This document shows positions 43,303-55,991 of a stretch of DNA of 64,000 bases, piece by piece. Positions within the stretch are counted from its first letter, which is position 1; every line of letters begins with the position of its first letter. Made by a program: the position numbers and the translations under genes. Origin of the DNA: Eledone cirrhosa (Eukaryota); NCBI GenBank assembly GCA_964016885.1, contig OZ024745.1, forward strand, positions 17,050,001-17,114,000, read 5' to 3'. The notes beneath the pieces were generated by a model. It saw nothing but the letters and a program-made list of their open reading frames with translations, made no database searches and was not told the origin of the DNA.

Positions 43303-45450
43303 ATGAAGGAAGACATCACAGACTTCTGTAGAAAGTTACGACTTAGTGAACAACTATTCGACCAGTACAATGAGGATGAATCATTAGCCAGAAATAGAAG
43401 CAATTACACCCCTTCAAAAGGTAGAAATAAAATCCTGGACGAATTCTGTGAACACATCACAAACTTCCCTTACCAACACTTGCACAGACAAAAACACAAG
43501 CCAAACCTCAACAAGAAAGAATGGGAAGAATTAAATAGATTAAAAACCGACAGAACCATTACAATTAAAGAGGCTGATAAAGGGAGTACAGTAGTCCTAA
43601 TGGAGACAGAATTCTATATCAACTTAGCGCTCTCCACTTTGGAAAACGAAACATACTACGAAAAGGCTGAACACTACAATCAACAGAAAATTATGAGAAA
43701 CCTAAAAACTCTAATCAACCAATACAAAGAAGGACTCACTAACAAGGAATTCAGCTTCATCACAGACTTCACAAGTAAATCCAGCCTTTTCTACGGTATC
43801 CCTAAAGTACATAAAAGCGAATCAATCAGTAAGGCATGCAAGGAAGCCACAGACATAGTCATCAATGTCCCCTCACCCAATGATCTCAAATTAAGACCTA
43901 TAATAGCAGGCCCCGCTTGCGAAACGCACCGTCTTAGCAACTTCATTGATACCCTTCTCAAACCCTTCCTCAAGCACATCAAAAGCTATATAAGGGACGA
44001 CCTAGATATGCTCAATCACCTCCCTAATATGCCACTTTCTGAACAAACCCTACTAGTGACGTTCGATGTAGTCAACCTATACTCCAACATCCCCCACAAC
44101 CTAGGAATAGAAGCTATCCAATTCTGGCTGGATAACTTCCACAATGAACTCCCACAACGCATCAAAAAAGAATTCGTGATAGAGGGACTCAAATTTATCT
44201 TGGAGAACAATTACTTCGTTTTCAATAACAAACCCTACAGGCAGAAATCTGGGACCGCTATGGGAACGAAAACAGCCCCTACGTATGCCAACCTAGTCAT
44301 GGGATACCTGGAAATCACCCTCTACACTAAAGTCCTAAACAAATTTGGAAACACCCTCCACTTACACATTGAAAGGAACTGGAAGCGATATCTTGATGAC
44401 TGCTTCATCCTTTGGCACGAAAACATCGAAAAACTTAAAGAATTTCACACCCTTATAAATGGGCTCAACACAAATATTAACTTCACAATGGAATACAGCC
44501 ATCAACAACTCCCCTTCCTCGACATCCTCATTAAGATCCATAACAAAAAAATAGAAACAGACATATACTACAAGCCCACAGACTCCAAGCAATACCTCCC
44601 CTTCAACTCTTGCCACCCTAGACACGTTAAAATTAATATTCCCTACAACTTAGCCAAGAGAATCTGTACTATAGTCTCCAATAAAAACATCTGCTACTTA
44701 CGGCTACAAGAACTAAAGGACACACTCATAGGCAGGGACTACCCTGCATCACTAATTGACAATGGAATCCAACGTGCCCTAAAACTCAGTACCCAGGACC
44801 TTAGACACCCTAAAGTAAATCAACCAAAACTAAAAGCTCTTCCATACATCTCCACACACAACCCCCTCAACAACGAGGCCTTTGACACCATCCTCCAGAA
44901 CATCCCTGTATTGAAAAAGGACCATAGAATGAACCAAATTCTACGAACACACGATATCATAAAAAGCAAAAGACAATCCAAGTCAATGAAAAACATCTTA
45001 ACACATGCCAAAGTACTGCCAACCACAACAACGAAACCCACAGTAAAAAAATGCGATAGACCCAACTGTGGCATTTGCATCAACCTAATAGAGGGTTCGG
45101 AATTCTATTTCAAAGATGGACAACGTTTTATAGTAAAACACAATTTCACATGTGCATCGGAAAATTTAATATATGTATTAACTTGTTCAGGTTGTCGAGA
45201 ACAATACATAGGCCAGACCAAAAACAGCCTCCGCCAACGCATGACTGTCCATAGATCCCAAATTAAAATACGGGAATACAGGAAAATACCACTGAGTGAA
45301 CACATTGATACCTGCGCCGCCCAAAATCATCCCAACTTCAGAATCTTTCCCCTCTACAAATTTAAAGATAATGCCACCCACACCCAGCGCATCAGCAAGG
45401 AATCTTACTTCATTAACAAATACGGACCCCGTCTAAACACTTCTCCCTAA
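43303..45450 (+). CDS. PLE reverse transcriptase + GIY-YIG endonuclease (copy 2; frame open from 43096)
   Basis: Protein identical to 38569-40716. The conserved IINLT...LLSKGLKFTPTP motif lies in frame upstream of the ATG. Confidence 0.95.
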   Translation: MKEDITDFCRKLRLSEQLFDQYNEDESLARNRSNYTPSKGRNKILDEFCEHITNFPYQHLHRQKHKPNLNKKEWEELNRLKTDRTITIKEADKGSTVVLMETEFYINLALSTLENETYYEKAEHYNQQKIMRNLKTLINQYKEGLTNKEFSFITDFTSKSSLFYGIPKVHKSESISKACKEATDIVINVPSPNDLKLRPIIAGPACETHRLSNFIDTLLKPFLKHIKSYIRDDLDMLNHLPNMPLSEQTLLVTFDVVNLYSNIPHNLGIEAIQFWLDNFHNELPQRIKKEFVIEGLKFILENNYFVFNNKPYRQKSGTAMGTKTAPTYANLVMGYLEITLYTKVLNKFGNTLHLHIERNWKRYLDDCFILWHENIEKLKEFHTLINGLNTNINFTMEYSHQQLPFLDILIKIHNKKIETDIYYKPTDSKQYLPFNSCHPRHVKINIPYNLAKRICTIVSNKNICYLRLQELKDTLIGRDYPASLIDNGIQRALKLSTQDLRHPKVNQPKLKALPYISTHNPLNNEAFDTILQNIPVLKKDHRMNQILRTHDIIKSKRQSKSMKNILTHAKVLPTTTTKPTVKKCDRPNCGICINLIEGSEFYFKDGQRFIVKHNFTCASENLIYVLTCSGCREQYIGQTKNSLRQRMTVHRSQIKIREYRKIPLSEHIDTCAAQNHPNFRIFPLYKFKDNATHTQRISKESYFINKYGPRLNTSP

Positions 45451-45628
45451 GACGAACCCACAACATACACACGTCAACATACATACCTACATCAGCACAC
45501 ATCTCTACCCACATATAAACACAATGACACACGTAAACACACATGCTCTATGGTGCAATACAAAAAAATATATGTGCATATATATGTATGTATATATGTA
45601 TATATATGTATATATGTATGTAGTGAAA

Positions 45629-45662
<34 letters not shown>

Positions 45663-46076
45663 ATATATGTGTATATAGTGAATATCATTTCACACCCTTT
45701 ATTGTTAAGATTGTTGATGTTCTATTAAGAGAACCGATTTTACTGAAAAAATCGAATAATGTACACCATTTTACCAGGGGGGGAAAAAAATACTGGTCCA
45801 CCCACACACGCACACACACACACACACACATATATACACAGACACATACACACGCGTACATCAACATACAAAGAGACTTATACACACACACACACACACA
45901 CACACGCACTTCTCCGTATAAGACAAAAGCTGAAAAATATCTTTTGACCTTCGAATGACTCTGCTGTGTGTATGTACGCACACACACACACACACACACA
46001 CACACTTATCTTAATAGCCATTTGACACACATCGCTGGTGGCTATTGTCGCAGCATCGAATACCTTACTACTACTA

Positions 46077-46146
<70 letters not shown>

Positions 46147-46509
46147 CTGTTGTGAAAGAGTCATTTCTCAATCTTGGCGCAAAACCAATTTTTTATCCAC
46201 ATGACCTCTACCGACCAATCAAAATTGTTTTGACCACAAGCATTTTTACAACACAAAAATAACGCTGGAGCCATTTTTTTAACATAAAAACAGGTAGAAT
46301 TCCCAAAACTAATCAGATCAGAGCAAACAGCACGGACACTCTATCTCAAAATTATTTTTGAAAAGCATTTAGAAATGCGCAACCGGTAAAAACTTAAAAA
46401 CTTAAAACCACAACTGAATACTAACCCATACAATCACTAATACTCTTTTATTCCTAATTAAACCATTTTTCAACTGTGAACAATTTGTCAGCATTTTCTA
46501 TTCCGTTTA

Positions 46510-46547
<38 letters not shown>

Positions 46548-46733
46548 CGTATCAACATAACTGGTCAGGGTCAGTTATGCTGGTACGATTGCATCCAAAT
46601 TCAGAGAATTTCCAGAGCAAACTAAGGACGTTGAGACAGAGTGGAGATTCTTCATCTCAGCAGTTTTAGCTTTAGCTTAAATATATGTATACCTAAATAT
46701 ATGCATACGTACGTATATATATATATATATATA

Positions 46734-47193
46734 CAATATATTAATAAATGGAAACTATATTTATAAAACCATATTTATTTTATTATACATATTTCAAGGG
46801 CAACCAAGGCAAATTATTGTGCACTTTCATCAGATAAAATACAGATTTGTTTTAAATAAATATTGACATACCCGGAAAAAAGACAACCTTAACTGTTGGA
46901 GCTTCCTGCATAATCAGGACTATCCAGGAGGCTCCAATCGTTAAGGATGTCTTTTTTTCCAAGTATGTCAATATTTATTCATAAAACAAATCTGTATTTT
47001 ATCTGATGAAAGCGCACCATATTTGCCTTGGTTGCCCTTGAAATATGTATAATAAAATAAATATGGTTTTATAAATATAGTTTCCATTTATTAATATATT
47101 GTGTATTTACTCCGCTAACCTATTGAGGCTTTATATCAGTTATAAAAATGTTTAAGCTTGTTGAATCCCAACAAATTAAATATAACCTCTGCA
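46734..47193. mobile_element. Fold-back hammerhead element (family C relative)
   Basis: Arms ~46734-46908/46926-47101 with a right-only extension. Canonical hammerheads at 46995-47059(+) and 46776-46841(-). Confidence 0.85.
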
Positions 47194-47425
47194 TATATAT
47201 ATATATATATATATATAATAGAAGTATGTGTTCCTGCATGTAAATAATACACACAGGGCTACAAGTATAGTCCGACCGTATGCAAGTGTGATTCAATGGC
47301 AAGTTAATAAATTAACAAGCCAGAATATATAAAATCAAGGAAAAGCAAATAAAGTAAACATTTTAAAATTAATTCGAAAAATTTTAAATTAAACTCGGGA
47401 ATCTTATATTCTCCGAGAGAGAAAA

Positions 47426-47509
47426 GCCTTCTGACGAGGATCTCTTTCTCAATGGGATTCCGCATGGATTATCTATTTATTTCGGGATACCTGAAACCGC
47501 GGTAAAGGC
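47426..47509 (+). ncRNA. Minimal type I hammerhead ribozyme
   Basis: gcctt-CTGACGA-long stem II-GAAA-ccgcgg (palindrome)-TA-aaggc, in fold-back element 47217-47583 (arms 47326-47380/47530-47585). Confidence 0.85.
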
Positions 47510-47577
47510 ACATATAGTAAGTACAGTGAATTTTTGGAAATTTATTTAAATTTTTTTTCTTTATTTGCTTTTCCTTG

Positions 47578-47620
<43 letters not shown>

Positions 47621-47622
<2 letters not shown>

Positions 47623-48684
47623 CAAAGGAAATGTGGTAAGGAACCAGATGGACCATAACGCAGCAGAGTACTCAATACTTAGGGTAGTAGAGTGGGAAAT
47701 AGGAAAATGTATGACACCGACGGCAGAGCTCAAGCGGTTTCGACGGCTATTTCTGGACTGAATTAGAATTTTTAGCCCAGTGAATAAATAGCCGAACTTG
47801 TCAAGGGGGTACTTCCTTATATGGGAAGATTGTAGTTGTCAAGAGGATTGGTTAAAAGTTGTTGTAAACACAAATATGTCTATCATGGCATTTGGTGGGA
47901 GGTAGGCGTGGCTGAACTTGCCTGTCTCATCCTATCACTTCCTTCCACCCCTATTTCCTTCCTCGTCTGCTTTTCCCCTTTCGTCTACCCCGATGCAACC
48001 CATCGGCCCCGTGTAGCATCAGTTCCCACACCCCTGTAATTTTAAAATAGAATTGGCCGAATACGTTTTACTAACTACTTATAGCAGACGTGTTACACCC
48101 CTTTAATATTGTATCAGTTCTGGTACAACTCAATTTCTACAAGTTATTTTCTATTCTCAACTTATTAACCTGTAATTGTAAGATAGCATTGTGATTTTTT
48201 TTATTCATTTCTCACTATCTAATTTTATATATTTTTTAATTTCTTTCTATTATCTTTTATTGTCTCCTACTGTCATTCGATTTACCTATTCTATAACCTC
48301 CATCCTCCACTTCATACACTATCCTTAGAATCTGCTGTATACATATCACTCTCAACGCTTGTCCGCTCCACTCTCTCCCCTATTGTTCTATAGGCAAGTT
48401 CAGCCACCCCTACCTCCCACCAAATGCCATGATAGACTTATTTGTGTTTACAACAAATTGTAACCAATCCTCTTGACAACTACAATCTTCCCATATCAGG
48501 AAGTAACCATTGACAAGTTCGGTTATTTATTCACCAGGCTAAACATTCTAATTTATTCCAGAAATAGACGTCGAAACGGCTTGAGCTCTGTCGTCGGGGT
48601 CATACTCTTTCCTATTTCCCACTCTACTACCCTAAGTACTCTGGGGCGTTATGGTCCATATGTTTCCTTACCACAGATCCATCT

Positions 48685-48687
<3 letters not shown>
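47621..48687. mobile_element. Fold-back element (family A) with variant-core hammerheads
   Basis: ~300-bp arms 47621-47925/48393-48675; hammerhead folds at 47714-47809(-) and 48505-48600(+). Confidence 0.85.
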
Positions 48688-48730
<43 letters not shown>

Positions 48731-48789
48731 TTTACATATATATATATATATAAAAGTTTACATATATATATACATACACATACATATAC

Positions 48790-49720
48790 GTGTTTTGCAA
48801 CTGGTCACTTTGTGGCTCAATGAAAAATTAATAAATTAAACAATCAGAGCTATATATCATAAAACATCTCTATAGAATCACAAGATAAAATATATACTAT
48901 TTCCTCTCCCAATTAGCATAATTAACTATATAAAAAATCGAATAGACCAGGCTATACGAATGAGGCTTCTATGAAGGAATCACCGACAAATAACCAAAAC
49001 TAGCGCTTCGCGTCGACCGTAGCGGAATATTTATCGAATATTTCGACAGCGTAATCGCCTAGATATAGTCAACTAAGCAGAATTAGGTTTAAAATAAACT
49101 AGGAGAAAATAGAATACATTTAAATACCTCTACCATGGTTTCGTCCGTGTTTTGAGTTTTCCAATAATTAAGGTTAACTTTGCCTTTCATCCTTACGGGG
49201 TCGATAAAATAAAGTACCAGTAATGCACTGGGCAATTGCTGGCCTTGTGCCAATAGTAGAAACAATTATGTAATAATTATATAAACTCGAGCGCCGGATT
49301 CTTCAGGAAGCTCGCTCATATCTAGACATTAAATTTTCCAAAGCGATCGCGCCAAGAATTCATTTCAAAATGGCTAAAAATCGTGACGTAGTCGCGTTCA
49401 AGTTGGAAGGGGTGTGGTAGTTGCTTACGATTGCTGGCGTTTTTGCTAGAAAGCACAGCACAACACAGCCAAATTTGTATCTCAACCTAGTGGGAGATTA
49501 TTACATATAAAATCTAGGCGATTACGCTGTCGAAATATTCGATAAATATTCCGCTACGGCCGACGCGAAGCGATAGTTTAGGTTATTTGTCGGAGATACC
49601 TTCATAGAAGCCTCATTCGTATAGCCTGGTCTATTCGATTTTTTATATAGATAATTATGCTAATTGGGAGAGGAAATAGTATACATTTTATCTTGTGATT
49701 CTATAGACATGTTTTATGAT
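48790..49720. mobile_element. Fold-back hammerhead element with nested SINE
   Basis: Arms ~48853-49066/49512-49720 with a left-only extension; hammerhead at 49127-49310(-); SINE fragment at 49171-49271. Confidence 0.85.
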
Positions 49721-50394
49721 ATATATATATATATAAGAGGGTGTTGAACTTTGCTTGAAACATTGTGAAATGTGTAAAATATGTAGTTTAGAAAGCCACA
49801 ACAATGCAGATGGGAAATCTCGAGGTAGGAAGTGAGTGAGAAATAGGAGAAAAGTGAAAATTGAGAGAAACGAAAATGAAAACAAAACAAAGGTAGAAGG
49901 GTTACCGTAGTGGAGATTTAATCCCAATATTTCGGGCTCACGCCCATCAACGGGGGAAAGTTCCAAAAGGGGGGGAACAGGCTAAGCCGGAGAAAGTTGT
50001 ATTGTCGTTAAAACATAGGAATGCCGTTATGGGGAAAATTCAAACGAGGGAAAGAATGCGCGTGCGCGTGATAGGCTGTGGCAAAAGCTACTGACCAATT
50101 GGGTTAAATCAATAGGGTGCGCTAACGTGTGAAAGCCGTAAAATATGTGTGTGTAAATATATATGTGTGTGTAACCGTGTGTGTATATGTGTATGTGTGT
50201 ATGTATGTGAGTGTGTGTGTGTGAAAGATAGTGGGCCTTAGAAGCTGGAAATCAAAGGGTGTGAAAGGTGGTAGGTTGTATAAACATGTGTGCGTGTATA
50301 AATATAGATGTGTGTGTGTATGTGTATGGGTATACATATAAGTGCGTGTGTGTGAAAGATAGTAGGCCGTAGGGGCTGTTACTGGTCACTATGG

Positions 50395-53033
50395 TTAAAT
50401 TAGCCATGTCAGCTCATTTCTCTCAGCCCGGTTGTTAAGTGGGGGTCTGAGGTTCTTAATAACAAGTGCTTCCTTTATCCTTAAGGATCCGATGCTGCGT
50501 TCAGTCGCTAGGACTGTGACCAAGGGTCTGCCCTGTGGGTTTCCGCATTTAAGGATGTGTTTACGGAAGGAAGATGCGTTGGTGTTGACATGTTCCTTGA
50601 TACGAACATGTAGGGGTCAGATGGTGCTACCTATGTAAAACTTGTTACATTTATCGCATTGAATCTTATATACGACATAGGTACGTAGGCAATCTGCCCC
50701 CCGTATCGGGCAGTTGCTGAGGGAACACGTCCCATCTGACTCGTCGGGTTTGTTGGAGAGGCATCTTCGGAGCGAAGGCCCTGTGTGGGCCAAATGTATG
50801 TCAAGTCCCTCCCTCCGTATGGCCCTGCGGATGGCGTTCGTGGTATATTCACTCAGGTGGGGGATTTTAAAGAAGCACCTGCTTTTATCTAAGTTTCTAG
50901 TGGGTGTCTGTCTATTGGGTCTGGGGTCTCTAATTCCGTTAATCAGTCGCTTGGGATATCCATTAGACTTGAGTAGATTACGGAATTGCGTGTGTTGGGT
51001 GAGACCACCCATCGGGTCGCTGCATCTATTAGTGATCCGTGTAAGTTCATTTAGGACGTAGCCTCTCTTAGCGTTGTTGGGGAGGGCTGAGTTGTAATGC
51101 ACAAATAAGTCCTTGCACGCTGCCTTGCGGTAGAAGGTGGTGTTTATTTCTCCTTCTTTCGAGATGTTGATACGGAAATCGAGGAGGGCGAGTGACCCGT
51201 CATCTCCAGGGTGTTCGATGGTGAAATCGACGTGATAGTCAGTGTCGTTGAAGATTTGGTGAATTTCATTCGCCATCTCCCGGGAAAAAGTGAGTATCAG
51301 TATGTCATCAACGTATCTGGAGTAGCAGGCGACGGCGTTGGGTTGGCAGGTGTTGAGTGCCTTGCGTTCCAGGTGGTCCATGTACAAGATCGCAAGTATG
51401 CCGGACAGACTAGAGCCAATAGGTAGCCCAGAGATCTGTTTGTACGTGTGGCCGAGGAAATTGAAGAATGCATTATCCACAACGAAGGAGAGGAGTTGGT
51501 GGATGTCCGTGTGTGTGAGTCCGAAGTAGTGTAAGTTAGATGCTCGGACTCGTTCGGTCAACAGGTCGACGGCTGGGGATGCTGGTACGGAGGTATAAAG
51601 GGCGACCACATCAAGACTGAAGGCATATCCGTTGTCCTTTCTGGTGTTGGGCGCCAGATGGTGTAGTCGCTCCAAGACCTCCTTTGAGCTGCAGACGTGG
51701 GCTGGTAGTGTGTGTAGAATGGGTTTCAGTAGTGTGGAGAGCAGCCACGATATTTTGTAAAGTGGGCCCTCCACGCTAGAGACAATGGGCCTGATTTTCA
51801 AATCGGGTCCTTGTTTATGGGCTTTCACCAGGTGGTAGAAGGTGGGTAGTTTGCTGTTTCGAGTCATTATGTTGTTTTTTACCTTCTTTGGCAGTTTTCG
51901 TTGGACACAGATGTTAGTCCTTATGGTGTTAATGCCTTCCTCGATTAGAGTCGAGGAGGTCCCTGTGACTGTCGAGTAGAGGCTGTCGTCATTAAGATGT
52001 TGGAGAGCTAAGTTGTTGTAGGTCTCTCTCGAGATGACACAGAATTCTTTCCCCTTCTCAGAGGGAAAGTAAACTAGGTTCCTGGATCTTAGGTTGGTGA
52101 GAGTATTAAATTGTGCATTTGTGAGGTTGCGTTTATTGTGTGTGTGTGTGTGTTGGGAAAGGATGTTAGAGATAGAATGTTTCAACCTGAGTAGTTTAGT
52201 GTCAAGTTCGTGGTTGGTGGGTGGGGGGTGGAGTGGGTTGTCGAGGTGGTACGTGGGGAGTGTGGGGTGAGTTGTGGGGTTGTAATCGATCTCCGTGTTG
52301 TTTTGGATGGCGGTTAGCCATTTCAGTTGATACGCTGTCCGACAGAAGTTGGTTTCGATGTCGAGTTTCAGTCTATCATCGAGACGCTGTGTAATGATGA
52401 ACTTGGGTCCGAGGCGCAGGAGTTCGAGTTCGTCGTTGGTGAGGGTACCGGTTAGGTCGGTAACGAGGTGTGAAGCATCGTTGGTAGGTAGATCGCTGTT
52501 GGGAGGTGTAGCGGAGGGTGTTGTATCGCTGTTGCCCCTGGTGTGGTTGTAGTCGGTCCGTCTGTGGGAGCGGATGTTGTCATTGTAGTATTTGTTTACA
52601 GTCCATTCGTATTTCCATATAAGGCGCTGTTTATCGTATTTGACTCTGGTGTGGTAACACTGATCGATAGCTTCGCGTATTTTCTGGACCTGGTGGTCAG
52701 GGGTGAGGGTTGGAGCTATACGATCTATGTGCTCGGAGAGCGTTTGTATATGGAGTCGCAGTTGATGGTGGTTATGTCGTAGTATTTTCTTGATAAAAGT
52801 GCGTGAATGTGGCGGATGGTGTTTTCGAAGGATGGTCATCGTAAACATTCGGGTAAATGTATATTCCTGATGGTGGTTGGAATGATGTTGTTCTTTAGGC
52901 AGCGTTTTAAGAAGGTAATTTGGCAACCGAGTTTGGCACGATTCTCCGATGGTCTGAATAGGTCCCTTATGGTTGCAAACAAGTCCTGGCTCAGGTGTAA
53001 TGATAAGAGGGTGTTAAAGTTTGCTTAAAGCAT
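50395..53033 (-). pseudogene. PLE RT + GIY-YIG ORF with disabling lesions
   Basis: FLKRCLKNNIIP, LLRLGPKF, KIRPIVS, LDVVALYTSVP, RYVDD, FYRK, VVYKIQCDKCNKFYIGST. Lesions: CAA>TAA at codon 3 (53025-27), a stop/frameshift near 52840-52800, and CGA>TGA at 50617. Confidence 0.9.
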
Positions 53034-53664
53034 TGTGAAATGTGTAAAATATGTAGTTTAGAAAGCCACAACAATGCAGATGGGAAATCTCGAGGTAGGA
53101 AGTGAGTGAGAAATAGGAGAAAAGTGAAAATTGAGAGAAACGAAAATGAAAACAAAACAAAGGTAGAAGGGTTACCGTAGTGGAGATTTAATCCCAATAT
53201 TTCGGGCTCACGCCCATCAACGGGGGAAAGTTCCAAAAGGGGGGGAACAGGCTAAGCCGGAGAAAGTTGTATTGTCGTTAAAACATAGGAATGCCGTTAT
53301 GGGGAAAATTCAAACGAGGGAAAGAATGCGCGTGCGCGTGATAGGCTGTGGCAAAAGCTACTGACCAATTGGGTTAAATCAATAGGGTGCGCTAGCGTGT
53401 GAAAGCCGTAAAATATGTGTGTGTAAATATATATGTGTGTGTAACTGTGTGTGTATATGTGTATGTGTGTATGTATGTGAGTGTGTGTGTGTGAAAGATA
53501 GTGGGCCGTAGAAGCTGGAAATCAAAGGGTGTGAAAGGTGGTAGGTTGTATAAACATGTGTGCGTGTATAAATATAGATGTGTGTGTGTATGTGTATGGG
53601 TATACATATAAGTGCGTGTGTGTGAAAGATAGTAGGCCGTAGGGGCTGTTACTGGTCACTATGG

Positions 53665-55278
53665 TTAAATTAGCCATGTCAGATCATTTCTCTCAGCCCG
53701 GTTGTTAAGTGGGGGTCTGAGGTTCTTAATAACAAGTGCTTCCTTTATCCTTAAGGATCCGATGCTGCGTTCAGTCGCTAGGAATGTGACCAAGGGTCTG
53801 CCCTGTGGGTTTCCGCATTTAAGGATGTGTTTACGGAAGGAAGATGCGTTGGCGTTGACATGTTCCTTGATACGAACATGTAGGGGTCGGATGGTGCTAC
53901 CTATGTAAAACTTGTTACATTTATCGCATTGAATCTTATATACGACATAGGAGCGTAGGCAATCTGCCCCCCGTATCGGGCAGTTGCTGAGGGAACACGT
54001 ACCATCTGACTCGTCGGGTTTGTTGGAGAGGCATCTTTGGGGCGAAGGTCCTGTGTGGGCCAAATGTATGTCAAGTCCCTCCCTCCGTATGGCCCTGCGG
54101 ATGGCGTTCGTGTTATATTCACTCAGGTGGGGGATTTTAAAGAAGCACCTGCTTTTATCTAAGTTTCTAGTGGGTGTCTGTCTATTGGGTCTGGGGTCTC
54201 TAATTCCGTTAATCAGTCGCTTGGGATATCCATTAACTTGAGTAGTTTACGGAATTGCGTGGTATGGGTGAGACCACCCATCGGGTCGCTGCATCTATTA
54301 GTGATCCGTGTAAGTTCATTTAGGACATAGCCTCTCTTAGCGTTGTTGGGGAAGGCTGAGTTGTAATGCACAAATAAGTCCTTGCACGCTGCCTTGCGGT
54401 AGAAGGTGGTGTTTATTTCTCCTTCTTCCGAGATGTTGATACGGAAGTCGAGGAGGGCGAGTGACCCGTCTTCTCTAGGGTGTTCGATGGTGAAATCGAC
54501 GTGATGGTCAGTGTCGTTGAAGATTTGGTGAATTTCATTCGCCATCTCCCGGGAAGAAGTGAGTATCAGTATGTCATCAACGTATCTGGAGTAGCAGGCG
54601 ACGGCGTTGGGTTGGCAGGTGTTGAGTGCCTTGCGTTCCAGGTGGTCCATGTACGAGATCGCAAGTATGCCGGACAGACTAGAACCCATAGGCAGCCCAG
54701 AGATCTGTTTGTACGTGTGGCCGAGGAAATTGAAGAATGCATTATCCACAACGAAGGAGAAGAGTTGGTGGATGTCCGTGTGTGTGAGTCCGAAGCAGTG
54801 TAAGTTAGATGCTCGGACTCGTTCGGTCAATAGGTCGACGGCTGGGGATGCTGGTACGGAGGTATAAAGGGCGACCACATCAAGACTGAAGGCATATCCG
54901 TTGTCCTTTCTGGTGTTGGGCGCCAGATGGTGTAGTCGCTCCAAGACCTCCTTTGAGCTGCAGATGTGGGCTGGTAGTGTGTGTAGAATGGGTTTCAGTA
55001 GTGTGGAGAGCAGCCACGATATTTTGTAAAGTGGGCCCTCCACGCTAGAGACAATGGGCCTGATTTTCAAATCGGGTCCTTGTTTATGGGTTTTCACCAG
55101 GTGGTAGAAGGTGGGTAGTTTGCTGTTTCGAGTCATTATGTTGTTTTTTACCTTCTTTGGCAGTTTTCGTTGGACACAGATGTTAGTCCATATGGTGTTA
55201 ATGCCTTCCTCGATTAGAGTCGAGGAGGTCCCTGTGACTTTCGAGTAGAGGCTGTCGTCATTAAGATGTTGGAGAGCT
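53665..55278 (-). pseudogene. 5'-truncated RT+EN copy
   Basis: ORFs 54213-55136 and 53665-54063 are separated by a 1-bp deletion near 54235. Confidence 0.9.
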
Positions 55279-55991
55279 TATTTGTGCATTACAACTCAGC
55301 CCTCCCCAACAACGCTAAGAGAGGCTATGTCCTAAATGAACTTACACGGATCACTAATAGATGCAGCGACCCGATTGGTGGTCTCATCCATACCACGCAA
55401 TTCCGTAATCTACTCAAGTCTAATGGATATCCCAAGCGACTGATTAACGGAATTAGAGATCCCAGACCCAATAGACAGACACCCACTAGAAACTTAGATA
55501 AAAGCAGGTGCTTCTTTAAAATCCCCCACCTGAGTGAATATACCACGAACGTCATCCGCAGGGCCATACGGAGGGAGGGACTTGACATACATTTGGCCCA
55601 CACAGGACCTTCGCTCCGAAGATGCCTCTCCAACAAACCCGACGAGTCAGATGGGACGTGTTCCCTCAGCAACTGCCCGATACGGGGAGCAGATTGCCTA
55701 CGCACCTATGTCGTATATAAGATTCAATGCGATAAATGTAACAAGTTTTACATAGGTAGCACCATCCGACCCCTACATGTTCGTATCAAGGAACATGTCA
55801 ACACCAACGCATCTTCCTTTCGTAAACACATCCTTAAATGCGGAAACCCACAGGGCAGACCCTTAGTCACAGTCCTAGCGACTAAACGCAGCATCGGATC
55901 CTTAAGGATAAAGGAAGCACTTGTTATTAAGAAACTCAGACCCCCACTTAACAACCGGGCTGAGAGAAATGATCTGACATGGCTAATTTAA
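55277..55991 (+). pseudogene. Inverted 3' segment (RT thumb + GIY-YIG)
   Basis: ORF 55266-55991 matches the C-terminus of the minus-strand ORF. Confidence 0.9.

Larger units (their letters stand above)
37923..46517 (+). mobile_element. Penelope-like retroelement (Neptune-type), partial tandem, unit 4734 bp
   Basis: 37923 onward is repeated from 42657 almost identically. The 5' end is truncated inside ORF1; the 3' end ..ttaccaatatata merges into (TA)n. Confidence 0.95.

Noticed and set aside
50617-50619. In-frame TGA in the GIY-YIG domain as possible selenocysteine/readthrough
   Set aside because: Both sister segments have CGA (Arg) here, so this is a simple CpG transition.
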